Notes under the pieces: model-generated
What the model was told of the DNA's origin: nothing
The model's database searches: none
What the model saw: only the letters and a program-made list of their open reading frames with translations
Position numbers and translations under genes: made by a program
Assembly (NCBI GenBank): GCA_016788165.1
Contig: JAEUTH010000028.1
Coordinates: forward strand, 13,978-77,977
DNA length: 64,000 nt
Source: Bacteroidia bacterium
GTDB taxonomy: Bacteria; Bacteroidota; Bacteroidia; AKYH767-A; OLB10
Direction: 5' to 3'
Shown: positions 1 to 10,731 of the stretch, piece after piece
How positions within the stretch are numbered: the first letter of the stretch is position 1
Layout: the number at the start of each line of letters is the position of its first letter

Positions 1-319
1 ATAATTCATCATCTAACTTTGCATCGGTTAGCAGCACTTCTGTAACTTTTAATTTATTAATCATATCAGCCATTTGGCTGCCTGCTTTACGCAAACTTTC
101 CATTAGTACATTTTTATCCTTCTTTTCGATTAGTTGAATAAAAACATGTTTGTTATATTGATTTACAACTATTAATTTTTTTTCGGCTGCTAGTTCAGCT
201 TTAACAAAACCTGCTTCAGCGGCACTTAATACAGTAGGTAATGTTTTTTTATCGGTAGTAAAATAAACTACAGCAGGGCAGTTAATAGTTTTTTGGACAA
301 GCTTAATTTGTGTGTACAT
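1..319 (-). CDS. Partial CDS running off the left edge; possibly the N-terminal domain of a leucyl aminopeptidase (M17)
   Basis: Not in ORF track. ATG at 319 opens MYTQIKLVQKTINCPAVVLF...MESLRKAGSQMADMINKLKV with no stop to position 1. The family guess rests only on the E-x-LRKAG segment; no catalytic motif is inside the window. Confidence 0.4.
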   Translation of the reverse strand, partial: MYTQIKLVQKTINCPAVVYFTTDKKTLPTVLSAAEAGFVKAELAAEKKLIVVNQYNKHVFIQLIEKKDKNVLMESLRKAGSQMADMINKLKVTEVLLTDAKLDDEL

Positions 320-439
320 GGCTGCGGATTTTCGAACCGTTTTATGTTTAACGGTTACTTTGTTTACTTTGCAAATGAAATCAAATTTGCATGCAAGCCA
401 TAGTGCAAATTATTTAATTCATTTTGTTTACCCATAACA

Positions 440-1564
440 ATGCAAGCCGATAAATTATTACAAAGCGCCTTACATTTCGAATTTTTAACAGCCGAGCAAG
501 GTCAGTATCTATTCGAAACAGTACCCACACCAACATTAGCATGGGTGGCAAACGAATTGCGCAAAAAACAAGTGCCACATAAAAAAGTTACCTGGATAAT
601 TGACCGGAATTTAAACACCACCAATGTGTGCATAGCGAATTGTAAGTTCTGCAATTTTTTTCGCATACCGGGCCATGCCGAGGGTTATACAACTACCTTG
701 GAGCAGTACAGAGATAAGATTGAAGAAACCATACGATACGGAGGCGAGCAATTACTTTTGCAAGGAGGCCATAACCCCGAGTTAGGATTGGCATATTATG
801 CACAGTTGTTTCGCGACCTGAAAAATATGTTTCCACAAATTAAATTACATTCATTAGGTCCGCCCGAAATTGCACATATAGCTAAATTAGGTAGCCATAC
901 CCATACCCATGTTTTAAAAACTTTAGTTGATGCCGGTTTAGACAGTTTGCCTGGCCCCGGTGCCGAAATTTTAAACGACAGGGTAAGGCGTATGATATCG
1001 AAAGGGAAATGTACCGGGCGCGAATGGTTAGATGTAATGCGTGCTGCCCATCAATTAAAAATTACCACATCGGCCACTATGATGTTTGGCCATATCGAAA
1101 CCATTTACGAACGTTTCGAACACCTGGTATGGTTACGGCAAGTACAAGCCGAAAAACCCGAAGACACACCGGGATTTATAGCATTTATACCCTGGCCATT
1201 TCAAGACCAAAATACAATACTGCGCAATGTAAAGGGTATTCGTAATGCAGTAACTGCTGATGAATATGTGCGCATGATTGCTTTAAGCCGCATCATGTTG
1301 CCCAATATTAAAAACATACAGGCAAGCTGGCTTACCGTAGGCAAGGCCACCGCTCAAATATGCCTGCATGCAGGCGCCAACGATTTTGGAAGCATTATGA
1401 TAGAAGAAAATGTAGTAAGTGCAGCCGGTGCGCCACATCGCTTTACAGCACAAGGTATTCAGGATGCTATTGCCGAAGCAGGTTTCGAACCGCAATTGCG
1501 CAATCAGCAATATCAGTTTCGTGCAATGCCGCAAAACATGGAGCAACAGGTTATTAATTATTAA
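440..1564 (+). CDS. mqnC: Cyclic dehypoxanthine futalosine synthase (radical SAM; futalosine menaquinone pathway)
   Basis: IDRNLNTTNVCIANCKFCNF CxxxCxxC motif, LLQGGHNPEL, ATMMFGHIE, GANDFGSIMIEENVVSAAG typical of MqnC. Confidence 0.85.
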   Translation: MQADKLLQSALHFEFLTAEQGQYLFETVPTPTLAWVANELRKKQVPHKKVTWIIDRNLNTTNVCIANCKFCNFFRIPGHAEGYTTTLEQYRDKIEETIRYGGEQLLLQGGHNPELGLAYYAQLFRDLKNMFPQIKLHSLGPPEIAHIAKLGSHTHTHVLKTLVDAGLDSLPGPGAEILNDRVRRMISKGKCTGREWLDVMRAAHQLKITTSATMMFGHIETIYERFEHLVWLRQVQAEKPEDTPGFIAFIPWPFQDQNTILRNVKGIRNAVTADEYVRMIALSRIMLPNIKNIQASWLTVGKATAQICLHAGANDFGSIMIEENVVSAAGAPHRFTAQGIQDAIAEAGFEPQLRNQQYQFRAMPQNMEQQVINY

Positions 1565-1771
1565 ATTAGGTACTGCTTGTAAGGTTTAGGTTTTATAAGT
1601 AGCAACTGATAGTAACTTACATCATAATCAAATTGCCATTTTTTACCATCTTGCCATCAATTGATTTGTAATGCAGGCAATAACCCATATTACTTTGCAA
1701 TATTGCTGCGTTATTAAATTAGTGCATATTAAAAATTAGCAAGCAAATGATTTAATACGTTTGCCTTATAC

Positions 1772-4369
1772 ATGAAAAAATTACTAATCATATTTTTTGG
1801 GTTTTATAGTCTGATTGCACAAGCAACACATAACCGTGCAGGCGAAATAACTTACAGGCAAATATCATTGTTTTATTACGAAGCCACTATTGTAACTTAT
1901 ACCAAAACCAGCAGCGCTATTGACAGGCCTGTACTTGAACTGCATTGGGGCGATAATACTTTTGATACAGTTTCGCGTGTAAATCAGGCATCGGTTGGAA
2001 CCGATATAACTAAAAACACATACATAGGATATCATAATTATGCAGCAGCAGGAATTTATAAACTTCACTGCGAGGATATGAACCGTAATGGCGGTGTTAT
2101 TAATATACCCAATAGTATAAACACCAGTTTTTATATTGAAACGCTTTTGCAGATTAATCCGTTTTTAGGATTTAATAACTCGCCCGTTTTGCTTAATCCA
2201 CCTATTGACCAGGGTTGCAGCAATCAAACCTTTATGCACAATGCAGGTGCGTTTGACCCCGATGGCGATAGTTTAAGTTATGAGTTATTTATATGCCGCG
2301 GCAATGGTGGTTTGCCCTGTCCGGGATATTCATTTCCAACGGCTACGGTATCGTTTAGCTTAGATAGCATAACCGGTGATTTGCGTTGGCAAAACCCCAA
2401 CAGCATTGCCTGTGGCGAATGGAATGTTGCCTTTTTAATAAAAGAATGGCGCAATGGTGTAAATATTGGCTACATAGAACGCGATATGCAGATTACCATT
2501 TATTGTAATTGCCCTAACAATACACCGCAACTTAATTTAGTAACAACCGATACTTGTGTAGAAGCCGGTACTTTTATAACCTTAGCAGCTACCGCTACCG
2601 ATCCTGATAACAATCCCATATCGCTAACAGCTTCGGGTGGGCCTTTTTTAATTACGCCCGACTCGGCATATCTTACCACCACACCACCACCACCTACCAC
2701 TAAAATTTTAAACTGGCAAACTACCTGTAACCATGTGCGCAAAGCACCATGGACGGTTTTGTTTAAAGCCGAAGACAGTTACCCCAATCCGGCACCACCA
2801 CCCACTAATTATAACTTGGTTGTGTTTCAGAATATGAATATCACCGTAGTAGCACCAGCGCCTAAAAACCCTGCTGCTGCACCTTTGGGAAATGCCATAC
2901 AGTTAAATTGGAACGCATCTGTTTGCGATTCGGTTAAGGGCTATGACATTTATCGCAGAAATGGGTTTTATGGATTTATACCTTCATCATGCGAAACCGG
3001 AGTGCCGGCTTATACAGGTTATGTAAAAGTTGGAAACACAACAGGCATTGCCAATACAACATACGTAGATAATAATAATGGTGCCGGCCTTATAAATGGT
3101 ATTGATTACTGTTATATGATAGTGGCCACCTTTGCCGATGGAGCCGAGAGTTATGCCTCTGTTGAAGTATGCACGCAGCTAAAGCGCGATTTGCCTGTAA
3201 TTACCAATGTTAGTATTAATACAACAAATGCTACGGCCGGCCAGGTATATGTAGCATGGAGTAAACCTACTGAGTTAGACACAACACAAACACCCGGGCC
3301 GTACAAATACGTAATTAGTGGCAGCAGCGATTTTACCGGAGGAGCCTTTGCATTAATTGATTCGTTTTTTGATTTAAACGACACCATACTTATTGATGAT
3401 TTTGTAAACACACAAACCTTACCACGCAGTTATAAAATTGAATTTTATAATATGACTCCGGGCAATACATTTAAAATAGGGCAATCGCAAATTGCTTCAT
3501 CCATATTTCTTAACTGTGTGCCCACTGACGAAGCCACAACACTTTCGTGGAATGAAACGGTGCCCTGGAGCAATACGCTTTATACCATCTATCGTCAAAA
3601 CACTTCCGGTATTTTTGATTCAATAGGTACAAGTGCTACTCAAAGTTATACGGATACCGGACTGGTAAACGGCAACACCTATTGTTACAAAATCAGAAGT
3701 ACCGGCAATTACAGTGCAACGGGCTTTGTTGATCCGATAATAAATTTTTCGCAAGAGCAATGTGCCATACCTGTTGATAACGTGGCGCCATGTACACCTG
3801 CGCTTATGGTTAATGCCAATTGTATTGGATTTAATAATGTTTTAAGCTGGCATTTTGATAGTGCTGCATGTTATCAGGATATTGCAGGCTACAACGTGTA
3901 TTATAAAAATGATTCGATAAACGATTTGGTGTTGCTTGTTACCTTAGGTTTAGATACCAACTTTTTACATGATAGTCTTTTTTCAATTGCAGGTTGTTAC
4001 CAGGTAACTGCCTTTGATAGCCTGGGAAATGAAAGTGCTTTAAGTAATAAGGTGTGTGTGGATAATTGCCCGGTATATGAATTGCCAAATATTTTTTCGC
4101 CCAACGATGATGGTAAAAATGATACGTTTCATCCGCTGCCATACAGCTATGTAAGCAATGTTAATATTACTATATATGATCGTTGGGGACTGGTAATGTT
4201 TAAAACCAACGATGCTGATATTAACTGGAATGGCAACCTCGACAATAAAGACAAACAATGCCCCGATGGTGTTTATTTTTACATCTGCACCGTTAACGAA
4301 ATTTATTTAAGTGGCATAAAACCGCGCTTGCTAAAAGGTTATGTACAATTACTGCGCAATGGCAAATAA
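1772..4369 (+). CDS. Secreted multi-domain protein with FnIII/Ig-like repeats and a T9SS type-B (gliding motility-associated) CTD
   Basis: Signal peptide ending AQA; C-terminus LPNIFSPNDDGKNDTF...IYDRWG...WNG...DGVYFY...GYVQLLR. Confidence 0.85.
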   Translation: MKKLLIIFFGFYSLIAQATHNRAGEITYRQISLFYYEATIVTYTKTSSAIDRPVLELHWGDNTFDTVSRVNQASVGTDITKNTYIGYHNYAAAGIYKLHCEDMNRNGGVINIPNSINTSFYIETLLQINPFLGFNNSPVLLNPPIDQGCSNQTFMHNAGAFDPDGDSLSYELFICRGNGGLPCPGYSFPTATVSFSLDSITGDLRWQNPNSIACGEWNVAFLIKEWRNGVNIGYIERDMQITIYCNCPNNTPQLNLVTTDTCVEAGTFITLAATATDPDNNPISLTASGGPFLITPDSAYLTTTPPPPTTKILNWQTTCNHVRKAPWTVLFKAEDSYPNPAPPPTNYNLVVFQNMNITVVAPAPKNPAAAPLGNAIQLNWNASVCDSVKGYDIYRRNGFYGFIPSSCETGVPAYTGYVKVGNTTGIANTTYVDNNNGAGLINGIDYCYMIVATFADGAESYASVEVCTQLKRDLPVITNVSINTTNATAGQVYVAWSKPTELDTTQTPGPYKYVISGSSDFTGGAFALIDSFFDLNDTILIDDFVNTQTLPRSYKIEFYNMTPGNTFKIGQSQIASSIFLNCVPTDEATTLSWNETVPWSNTLYTIYRQNTSGIFDSIGTSATQSYTDTGLVNGNTYCYKIRSTGNYSATGFVDPIINFSQEQCAIPVDNVAPCTPALMVNANCIGFNNVLSWHFDSAACYQDIAGYNVYYKNDSINDLVLLVTLGLDTNFLHDSLFSIAGCYQVTAFDSLGNESALSNKVCVDNCPVYELPNIFSPNDDGKNDTFHPLPYSYVSNVNITIYDRWGLVMFKTNDADINWNGNLDNKDKQCPDGVYFYICTVNEIYLSGIKPRLLKGYVQLLRNGK

Positions 4370-4397
4370 CTTTGGCCACAACAAAAAATGATGCATT

Positions 4398-4979
4398 ATG
4401 TTTACGGGAATTATTGAAACCACAGGATCATTATCAGAAATAAATAACGAAGCCGGTAATTTGCATCTTACCATTCAATCAAACATCAGCCAGGAGTTAA
4501 AAATTGACCAAAGCGTATCGCACAACGGTATTTGCCTTACCGTAGTAAAAGTAAACGGGCAAACACATACCGTAACCGCTATTGCCGAAACTATTGCCAG
4601 AACCGATATTGCTGCATGGCAAGTTGGGCATATTATTAATTTGGAACGCTGCATGCCGGCTAATGGCCGTTTTGATGGCCACATAGTGCAAGGCCATGTT
4701 GATACCGTTGCTTTATGTAAAACCATTGAAGAAACAAATGGGAGTTGGTTATTTACATTTACATATACAGGTAAGCATATTACAGTTGAAAAAGGTTCGA
4801 TTACCGTTAACGGTATTAGCCTTACCGTTGTTAATAGCCAGGCACAACAATTTAGTGTAGCTATAATACCTTACACTTTTGCTAACACCAACCTGCATGC
4901 ACTTAAAACAAACGGCATAGTAAATTTAGAGTTTGATATTGTGGGTAAATACATGCAACGCATCATGGAATTGCGCTAA
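4398..4979 (+). CDS. ribE: Riboflavin synthase (alpha chain)
   Basis: MFTGII N-terminus, SVSHNGICLTV, GHIVQGHVD, KGSITVNGISLTV, VNLEFD. Confidence 0.95.
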   Translation: MFTGIIETTGSLSEINNEAGNLHLTIQSNISQELKIDQSVSHNGICLTVVKVNGQTHTVTAIAETIARTDIAAWQVGHIINLERCMPANGRFDGHIVQGHVDTVALCKTIEETNGSWLFTFTYTGKHITVEKGSITVNGISLTVVNSQAQQFSVAIIPYTFANTNLHALKTNGIVNLEFDIVGKYMQRIMELR

Positions 4980-5016
4980 ACAATTTCGAAATTATTTTAG
5001 TAATCTATACAAAACA

Positions 5017-7521
5017 TTATTCGAAATAGTACACGCGTTTAACCCGTTGCGATATGCTGCAAAGCACTTCATAAACAATGGTCTGCAATTGTGCTGCTAT
5101 TTGCTGTATGGGATAATCAGCACCAAACACCAATACATCATCACCTTCTTTGCAATCAATACCGGTTACATCTAACATGCACATATCCATGCAAATGTTT
5201 CCAACTACAGGCACTAACTTACCATGTATCATCATCCGGCCCACGCCATTGCCTAACTTTCGTAAATAACCATCAGCATAACCAATGGCAACCGTTGCTA
5301 TGCGCATATCATTAAGTGCAATACCACTACGGTTATAACCTATAGTTTCACCGGCTGCAATGGTTTTAATTTGTGATATGGTTGTATGCAACGAAGCAAC
5401 GGGTTGCAATGCCAGCTCGGCATCGGTATTGCCAATGCCATGCAACCCTATGCCCAAACGTACCATGTTAAACTGCGCCTGCGGCCACCGCACCACACCT
5501 GCCGAATTTAAAATATGCAGCAGTGGTTGGTAACCCAAACCGGTAATAAGTTTATTGCTTATAGTCGAAAATAAATCAATTTGGTTTTGTGTAAAGGCAT
5601 CATGTTGTGGTGCATCGCTTGCTGCTAAATGCGAAAATATACTTGCCACTTTTATATGTGGCCAGTTTTTCAGATGGTTAACTAATGGTGTTATTTCTTT
5701 CATCTCAAAACCAAGCCTGTGCATGCCGGTATCTAACTTTATATGAACGCTAAAATGTTTCTTACGCGCTTTAATTGATTTACGTTGTGCCGCTTGATTA
5801 TAAGCTGCAAGCAAACGCATACTGTAAATTTCGGGCTCCAACTCAAAATCAACAATGCTGTCAAAACTCTGTTCATCCGGATTCATAACCATAATGGGTA
5901 ATTTAATACCCGCCTGCCGTAAAGCCACACCTTCATCGGCATAAGCAACTGCTAAATAATCGCTGTGATGGTGTTGCAATACATTGGCAATTTCGAAACT
6001 GCCGCTGCCATAAGCAAAAGCTTTTACCATGCACATGGTTTTAGTTGTGGGGTTTAATAAGCTTTTATAAAACTTGAAATTATTTAAAATGCCATTAAGG
6101 TTAATTTGTAATACGGTTTGATGCGCTTTTTGTTGTAGCAGTTTTACAATACGTTCAAATTCAAAAGTACGTGCACCTTTAATTAAAATGGTTTGATCGG
6201 TTAGTAGCTGCTTATTATGTTGCGATATAAAAGCATCGGTATTTTCATAAAAAAAACTATTACCGCTAAACCGTTTTTTTTGGCGTGTTAATGCGGCTCC
6301 TATTCCAATAAAGCAATGCAACTTTTTTTGCATAACCATGGTAGATACGGCCTCATATAAATCGTTTTCGCTTTGTCCGCTTTGCAGTATATCTGATAAG
6401 ATCAAAGTACGTTGGTTATGTTGCTGCTGTTGCATTAAAAAATCGAGTGCAATACCGAGCGAAGCCATATCGCTGTTGTAACTATCGTTAATGAGCGAAC
6501 AGTTGTTAATGCCGGCCTTTAACTCTAATCGCATGGCTACAGCAGGTAGCAGTCGCATGCCTGCTTTTATATTTTCATGCGGCACCTGCATATACAACAA
6601 TGTAGCCCAACAGGTAATAGCATTGTCAATAGAAGCCTCATCGGTAAATGGTATTACGATGCTAAAGTTTTTATTTTGATAGCTGGCTTGGATGGTTGTC
6701 GAGTCAGCTTGCTTACTGATGGCAGTAATTTCTAAATCAGCTTTTTGCTTTTTACTCCAACTAAAACCTGTAAGTGTTTGCTTGTTAGTTTTATTGATAA
6801 GCGGCAGTATATGCTGCATAACCATATCAGCATCTGAATTATAAATAAGAGCCCTGCTGTGTTTAAATAATAAAAGTTTTTCAACTGTTTTTACATTACG
6901 ACTGCTAAAGTTTTCATCGTGCGCACTGCTAATATTGGTAAGTATGCCTATAGTAGGACTAATTATATGTTCAAGCTTTTCCATTTCGTACGGTTGCGAA
7001 ATGCCTGCTTCAAACAAAGCTAATGTGTGGCTGTTTTTCATTTGCCACACGGATAGGGGTACACCAATTTGTGAGTTGTAACTTTTGGGGCTACGTACAA
7101 TATTGTAATGCTCTTTAAGCAAATGATACAGCCACTCTTTTACAATGGTTTTGCCGTTGCTGCCTGTAATACCAATTACCGGATATTGAAACTGATGCCT
7201 GTGAGAGGCTGCTAACATTTGCAGCGCAAGCAATGTATCGTCAACCAAAATATAATTGGCTGCCACCGGATGATTTTCAGTTGCCGTGTGGTTGATTATG
7301 GTTTTATCAGACACTACAAAATTGCGAATGCCTTTTTGTAATGCATCGGCAATAAATTTATGCCCATTATTACTGGATGTTACCAAAGCAAAAAACAAAC
7401 TGTTGCTACTGTTTTCAATTCGTCTGGTATCAATTATTAACGAAGTTATATAGGTTTCAATGTTCGAAAACTGAAACAAAGTGCCGTTAATAATAGTTGT
7501 TATTTGATTTATGGCGTACAT
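5017..7521 (-). CDS. alr: Bifunctional MurF-like ligase / alanine racemase
   Basis: ITGSNGKT P-loop, NDSYNSD, then alanine racemase MVKAFAYGSG (PLP Lys), KLDTGMHRLG, IGYADG, VGNICMD. Confidence 0.93.
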   Translation of the reverse strand: MYAINQITTIINGTLFQFSNIETYITSLIIDTRRIENSSNSLFFALVTSSNNGHKFIADALQKGIRNFVVSDKTIINHTATENHPVAANYILVDDTLLALQMLAASHRHQFQYPVIGITGSNGKTIVKEWLYHLLKEHYNIVRSPKSYNSQIGVPLSVWQMKNSHTLALFEAGISQPYEMEKLEHIISPTIGILTNISSAHDENFSSRNVKTVEKLLLFKHSRALIYNSDADMVMQHILPLINKTNKQTLTGFSWSKKQKADLEITAISKQADSTTIQASYQNKNFSIVIPFTDEASIDNAITCWATLLYMQVPHENIKAGMRLLPAVAMRLELKAGINNCSLINDSYNSDMASLGIALDFLMQQQQHNQRTLILSDILQSGQSENDLYEAVSTMVMQKKLHCFIGIGAALTRQKKRFSGNSFFYENTDAFISQHNKQLLTDQTILIKGARTFEFERIVKLLQQKAHQTVLQINLNGILNNFKFYKSLLNPTTKTMCMVKAFAYGSGSFEIANVLQHHHSDYLAVAYADEGVALRQAGIKLPIMVMNPDEQSFDSIVDFELEPEIYSMRLLAAYNQAAQRKSIKARKKHFSVHIKLDTGMHRLGFEMKEITPLVNHLKNWPHIKVASIFSHLAASDAPQHDAFTQNQIDLFSTISNKLITGLGYQPLLHILNSAGVVRWPQAQFNMVRLGIGLHGIGNTDAELALQPVASLHTTISQIKTIAAGETIGYNRSGIALNDMRIATVAIGYADGYLRKLGNGVGRMMIHGKLVPVVGNICMDMCMLDVTGIDCKEGDDVLVFGADYPIQQIAAQLQTIVYEVLCSISQRVKRVYYFE

Positions 7522-7548
7522 CGCTGTTATTGGTTTTAAGCACTTTTT

Positions 7549-8139
7549 TTAACCATTGTTTTTAGGCATGTACACAGTATTAAAACAACTGCGGCATAAA
7601 GGAACATAGCTTTCTTTTTCGCCCACTAAAATTTGTGCATTATCTGCGGCAAGCCTGTGCGAGTTATGTGCCAGTTCGCCACAATGCATACATATTGCAT
7701 GCACCTTGGTTATATACTCGGCAATGGATAATAGTTGTGGCATGGAGCCAAAAGGCTTGCCGGTAAAGTCCATATCCAAACCGGCCACCACTACACGTAC
7801 ACCGCTGTTAGCTAATTGTGTACAAACAGCAGGCAAGGCATCGTCAAAAAACTGTGCTTCGTCAATGCCTACTATTTCGCACGTACCTATGTGGCTAAGT
7901 ATTTCTGACGATGTGTGTACAGCCGTGCTTACAATGGCATTTGCATTATGCGATACAATTTGCGCCTCGCTGTAGCGGTTGTCAATTTTAGGTTTAAATA
8001 TTTCGACCTTAAGTTTGGCAATTTGCGCACGTTTTAGTCTGCGTATTAATTCTTCGGTTTTACCCGAAAACATACTGCCACATATTACTTCTATCCAGCC
8101 ACGTTTAGGCCACTGCTGATGCCTATGTTCCAAAAACAT
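7549..8139 (-). CDS. tdk: Thymidine kinase
   Basis: GSMFSGKTEELIRR, IDEAQFF, AGLDMDF, Zn-binding CMHC...CRSC. Confidence 0.96.
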   Translation of the reverse strand: MFLEHRHQQWPKRGWIEVICGSMFSGKTEELIRRLKRAQIAKLKVEIFKPKIDNRYSEAQIVSHNANAIVSTAVHTSSEILSHIGTCEIVGIDEAQFFDDALPAVCTQLANSGVRVVVAGLDMDFTGKPFGSMPQLLSIAEYITKVHAICMHCGELAHNSHRLAADNAQILVGEKESYVPLCRSCFNTVYMPKNNG

Positions 8140-8306
8140 AATTTACTAACGATTATTAAAAGTGTTAAATAATGAAATAGTGTATAACCATACCAAATGC
8201 AGTAGGGTAGCGTTTTTTAGTTGTTCAAACATTTCTGTCAAAATTAGGCATTAACCTTTCATTACTAATTAAATGCTTCATTATTTTGGCAAATAAATAA
8301 GATAGT

Positions 8307-9464
8307 ATGTCAAAAGAAATAATTAAAGATGAATTGGTGCATCTGCTCGATACCATAGTTGAACAAACCCAAACCGTTTGCAACTATCAAAACAAAGTGC
8401 CACAAATAGAAATTGATATTTTAATGATGAATGTGCGCAGTTTTTATGAGCAGCTGGTATATATGCAAAAGCAGTCGAACCAGGCTTTGCCGGCAGCAAA
8501 AGTTAATCCCGTGCCGGTTAGCTTATCAGCTTCGGCACAACTTAAGCCCAACGATTCTTTAAATGAGCAGTTACACCACATTGAAGCAGCCATACAGCCA
8601 CAAGTGCAAGTAGCAGAAAACGATTTCAAACCGAAGTCTATCGAAACGGCAACAACTAACACACAAACAACAGGCGATAAAGTTGTGGTGCAAACACCTG
8701 TTGCACCGGTAATTAATAAACCCGAAGTGCTTGCAAATAATGCGGCATTGCCAGTAGTTATTACACCTGAAACAAAACCCGCACAACCAGCCATCGCGGC
8801 CCAAGCTGTTAAACCAAATGTGCAATCGGATTTCCAGCCTTCGGTTGGTGAAAGAACTGTTTTACAAAAACCTGAATTAACAGATGTGATAGTTGCTGTA
8901 AAACCCGAAACCAAACCCGAATCATTATCACCTAAAATTGAAAACGAAAAAGTTAGTATAGCATTCGAAATACCGGCAGTTCAAAACGTTGCACCAATTG
9001 TAGCAAGTACTATACAATTTGACGAGAGAAAAAATGTAGCACAACCCATACAACCTCAAAAAAATGTTGAATCTGCCGAACTGAAAACTAAAAAAGCAGT
9101 AAAAACAACGGCCAGTTTGTTTGATGCACCACCTAATATTGCATCGGTATTTGATGATACAACAACGCTTGCAACTAAATTAGAAACGCAACAAACCACT
9201 ACCAGTATTGCCGATAAATTAAACAGCAGAAAAATTGCCGACCTTAAAAAAGCGATAGGTATCAACGAAAAGTTTTTATTTATAAACGAATTATTCGAAG
9301 GCAGTTTGGCATCATACAACGAACATATTGAAAAAATTAATGTGGCAGCTGATGTGCATCATGCACATGCTATTATTGATGCATTGATAAGTAAATATGC
9401 CTGGGATGGCTCGCTTTCAATTGTAAAACAATTTAAAGATTTGGTTGACCGCAGATTTTTATAA
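8307..9464 (+). CDS. Conserved hypothetical protein: helical N- and C-terminal domains joined by a long Pro/Ala/Thr/Gln-rich linker
   Basis: 385-aa ORF; C-terminus DLKKAIGINEKFLFINELFEG...FKDLVDRRF resembles a recurrent Bacteroidota hypothetical family. Confidence 0.7.
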   Translation: MSKEIIKDELVHLLDTIVEQTQTVCNYQNKVPQIEIDILMMNVRSFYEQLVYMQKQSNQALPAAKVNPVPVSLSASAQLKPNDSLNEQLHHIEAAIQPQVQVAENDFKPKSIETATTNTQTTGDKVVVQTPVAPVINKPEVLANNAALPVVITPETKPAQPAIAAQAVKPNVQSDFQPSVGERTVLQKPELTDVIVAVKPETKPESLSPKIENEKVSIAFEIPAVQNVAPIVASTIQFDERKNVAQPIQPQKNVESAELKTKKAVKTTASLFDAPPNIASVFDDTTTLATKLETQQTTTSIADKLNSRKIADLKKAIGINEKFLFINELFEGSLASYNEHIEKINVAADVHHAHAIIDALISKYAWDGSLSIVKQFKDLVDRRFL

Positions 9465-9467
9465 AAG

Positions 9468-10715
9468 ATGAACAGGCTTGTGTTGCAACTTTTCCGTATA
9501 ACTGCATTTTTACTTTTAGTAAATGTAATTAATGCCGGTGCTCAGGTAAGTAAAAAAGCGCATAAGCGAATTGCTAAACTTACATCCGAAAAATTTTTTG
9601 GCCGTGGTTATGTAAAAGGTGGCGATAGTATTGCTGCCGATTATTTGGCTAAACAGTTTAAACAAACAGGCTTACTGCCAATTGATGCCAATTATTTTCA
9701 AAAATTTACATTTAGTGTAAATACATTTCCAAACCAGATATTTGTAAATATTGCAGGCAAAGCATTAAAACCCGGATACGATTTTATAGTAGAAGCAGCA
9801 TCAGGGCGTGCTGATGTTACTTGCAAATTATTTAACGTTACCGATAGTGTTTTGCCTTTGCCACAATCGGAATGCGCTTACGTAATCAGTAAAAAATATT
9901 TTACAACGGCATCTAATAAAACTGCTTTAAAAAATTGGTTGCTTACGTTGCCCAATAACAGTGGTGTAGTATTGCTCGAACCCGAAAAACTAACCTGGAC
10001 GGTAGCAACACAACGCAATAGTTATTGGGGCATTACAGTTCTCGAAAAAGTTTGGCCTAAAGCCGATAGTATTACAGTAAATATTTCATCACATTTTAAA
10101 CCTGTACATGCAACGCAAAATGTAATTGGCTATTTGCCGGGTAATATTAGTGATACGTTTATGGTGGTAACAGCACACTACGATCATTTAGGTGGTATGG
10201 GCGATAAAGTTTTTTTTCCGGGTGCTAACGACAATGCAAGCGGTGTAAGTATGCTGCTTGATGTAGCACAACATTTTGCCCTTTTAAAAAACAGGAAGTA
10301 CAGCATGTTATTTATTGCATTTGCAGGCGAAGAAGCCGGATTAATTGGCTCTAAATATTATGTAGATAATCCTTTGAAGCCACTAAGCACCATTAAGTTT
10401 TTAATTAATCTTGATTTATTGGGTACGGGCGATGAAGGCCTCATGGTAGTGAATGCTGTTGATAATATGGAAGCTTTTAATAAACTTGATAGCATTAACG
10501 AAGCTGATAAACTATTACCAGTGATTAGCAAGAGAGGCAAAGCCGCCAATAGCGACCACTACTGGTTTGGCGAAAAAAAAGTACCTGCTGTGTTTTTATA
10601 TACTATGGGTGGCATAAAAGCTTATCACGATGTGTTTGATATAGCTAAAACTTTACCGCTTACCAAATACAATGAAGTTTTTAGTCTGCTGACAACATTT
10701 ATTAAAACGTTTTAA
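9468..10715 (+). CDS. M28 family aminopeptidase, secreted
   Basis: Signal peptide; TAHYDHLG, PGANDNASG, FAGEEAGLIGS, NLDL, SDH, YH Zn-ligand motifs. Confidence 0.9.
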   Translation: MNRLVLQLFRITAFLLLVNVINAGAQVSKKAHKRIAKLTSEKFFGRGYVKGGDSIAADYLAKQFKQTGLLPIDANYFQKFTFSVNTFPNQIFVNIAGKALKPGYDFIVEAASGRADVTCKLFNVTDSVLPLPQSECAYVISKKYFTTASNKTALKNWLLTLPNNSGVVLLEPEKLTWTVATQRNSYWGITVLEKVWPKADSITVNISSHFKPVHATQNVIGYLPGNISDTFMVVTAHYDHLGGMGDKVFFPGANDNASGVSMLLDVAQHFALLKNRKYSMLFIAFAGEEAGLIGSKYYVDNPLKPLSTIKFLINLDLLGTGDEGLMVVNAVDNMEAFNKLDSINEADKLLPVISKRGKAANSDHYWFGEKKVPAVFLYTMGGIKAYHDVFDIAKTLPLTKYNEVFSLLTTFIKTF

Positions 10716-10731
10716 AAAGTATCAGGTCTTA

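Noticed and set aside
5017-7521. MurF-alanine racemase fusion as a novelty
   Set aside because: A well-known, widespread fusion in Bacteroidota.
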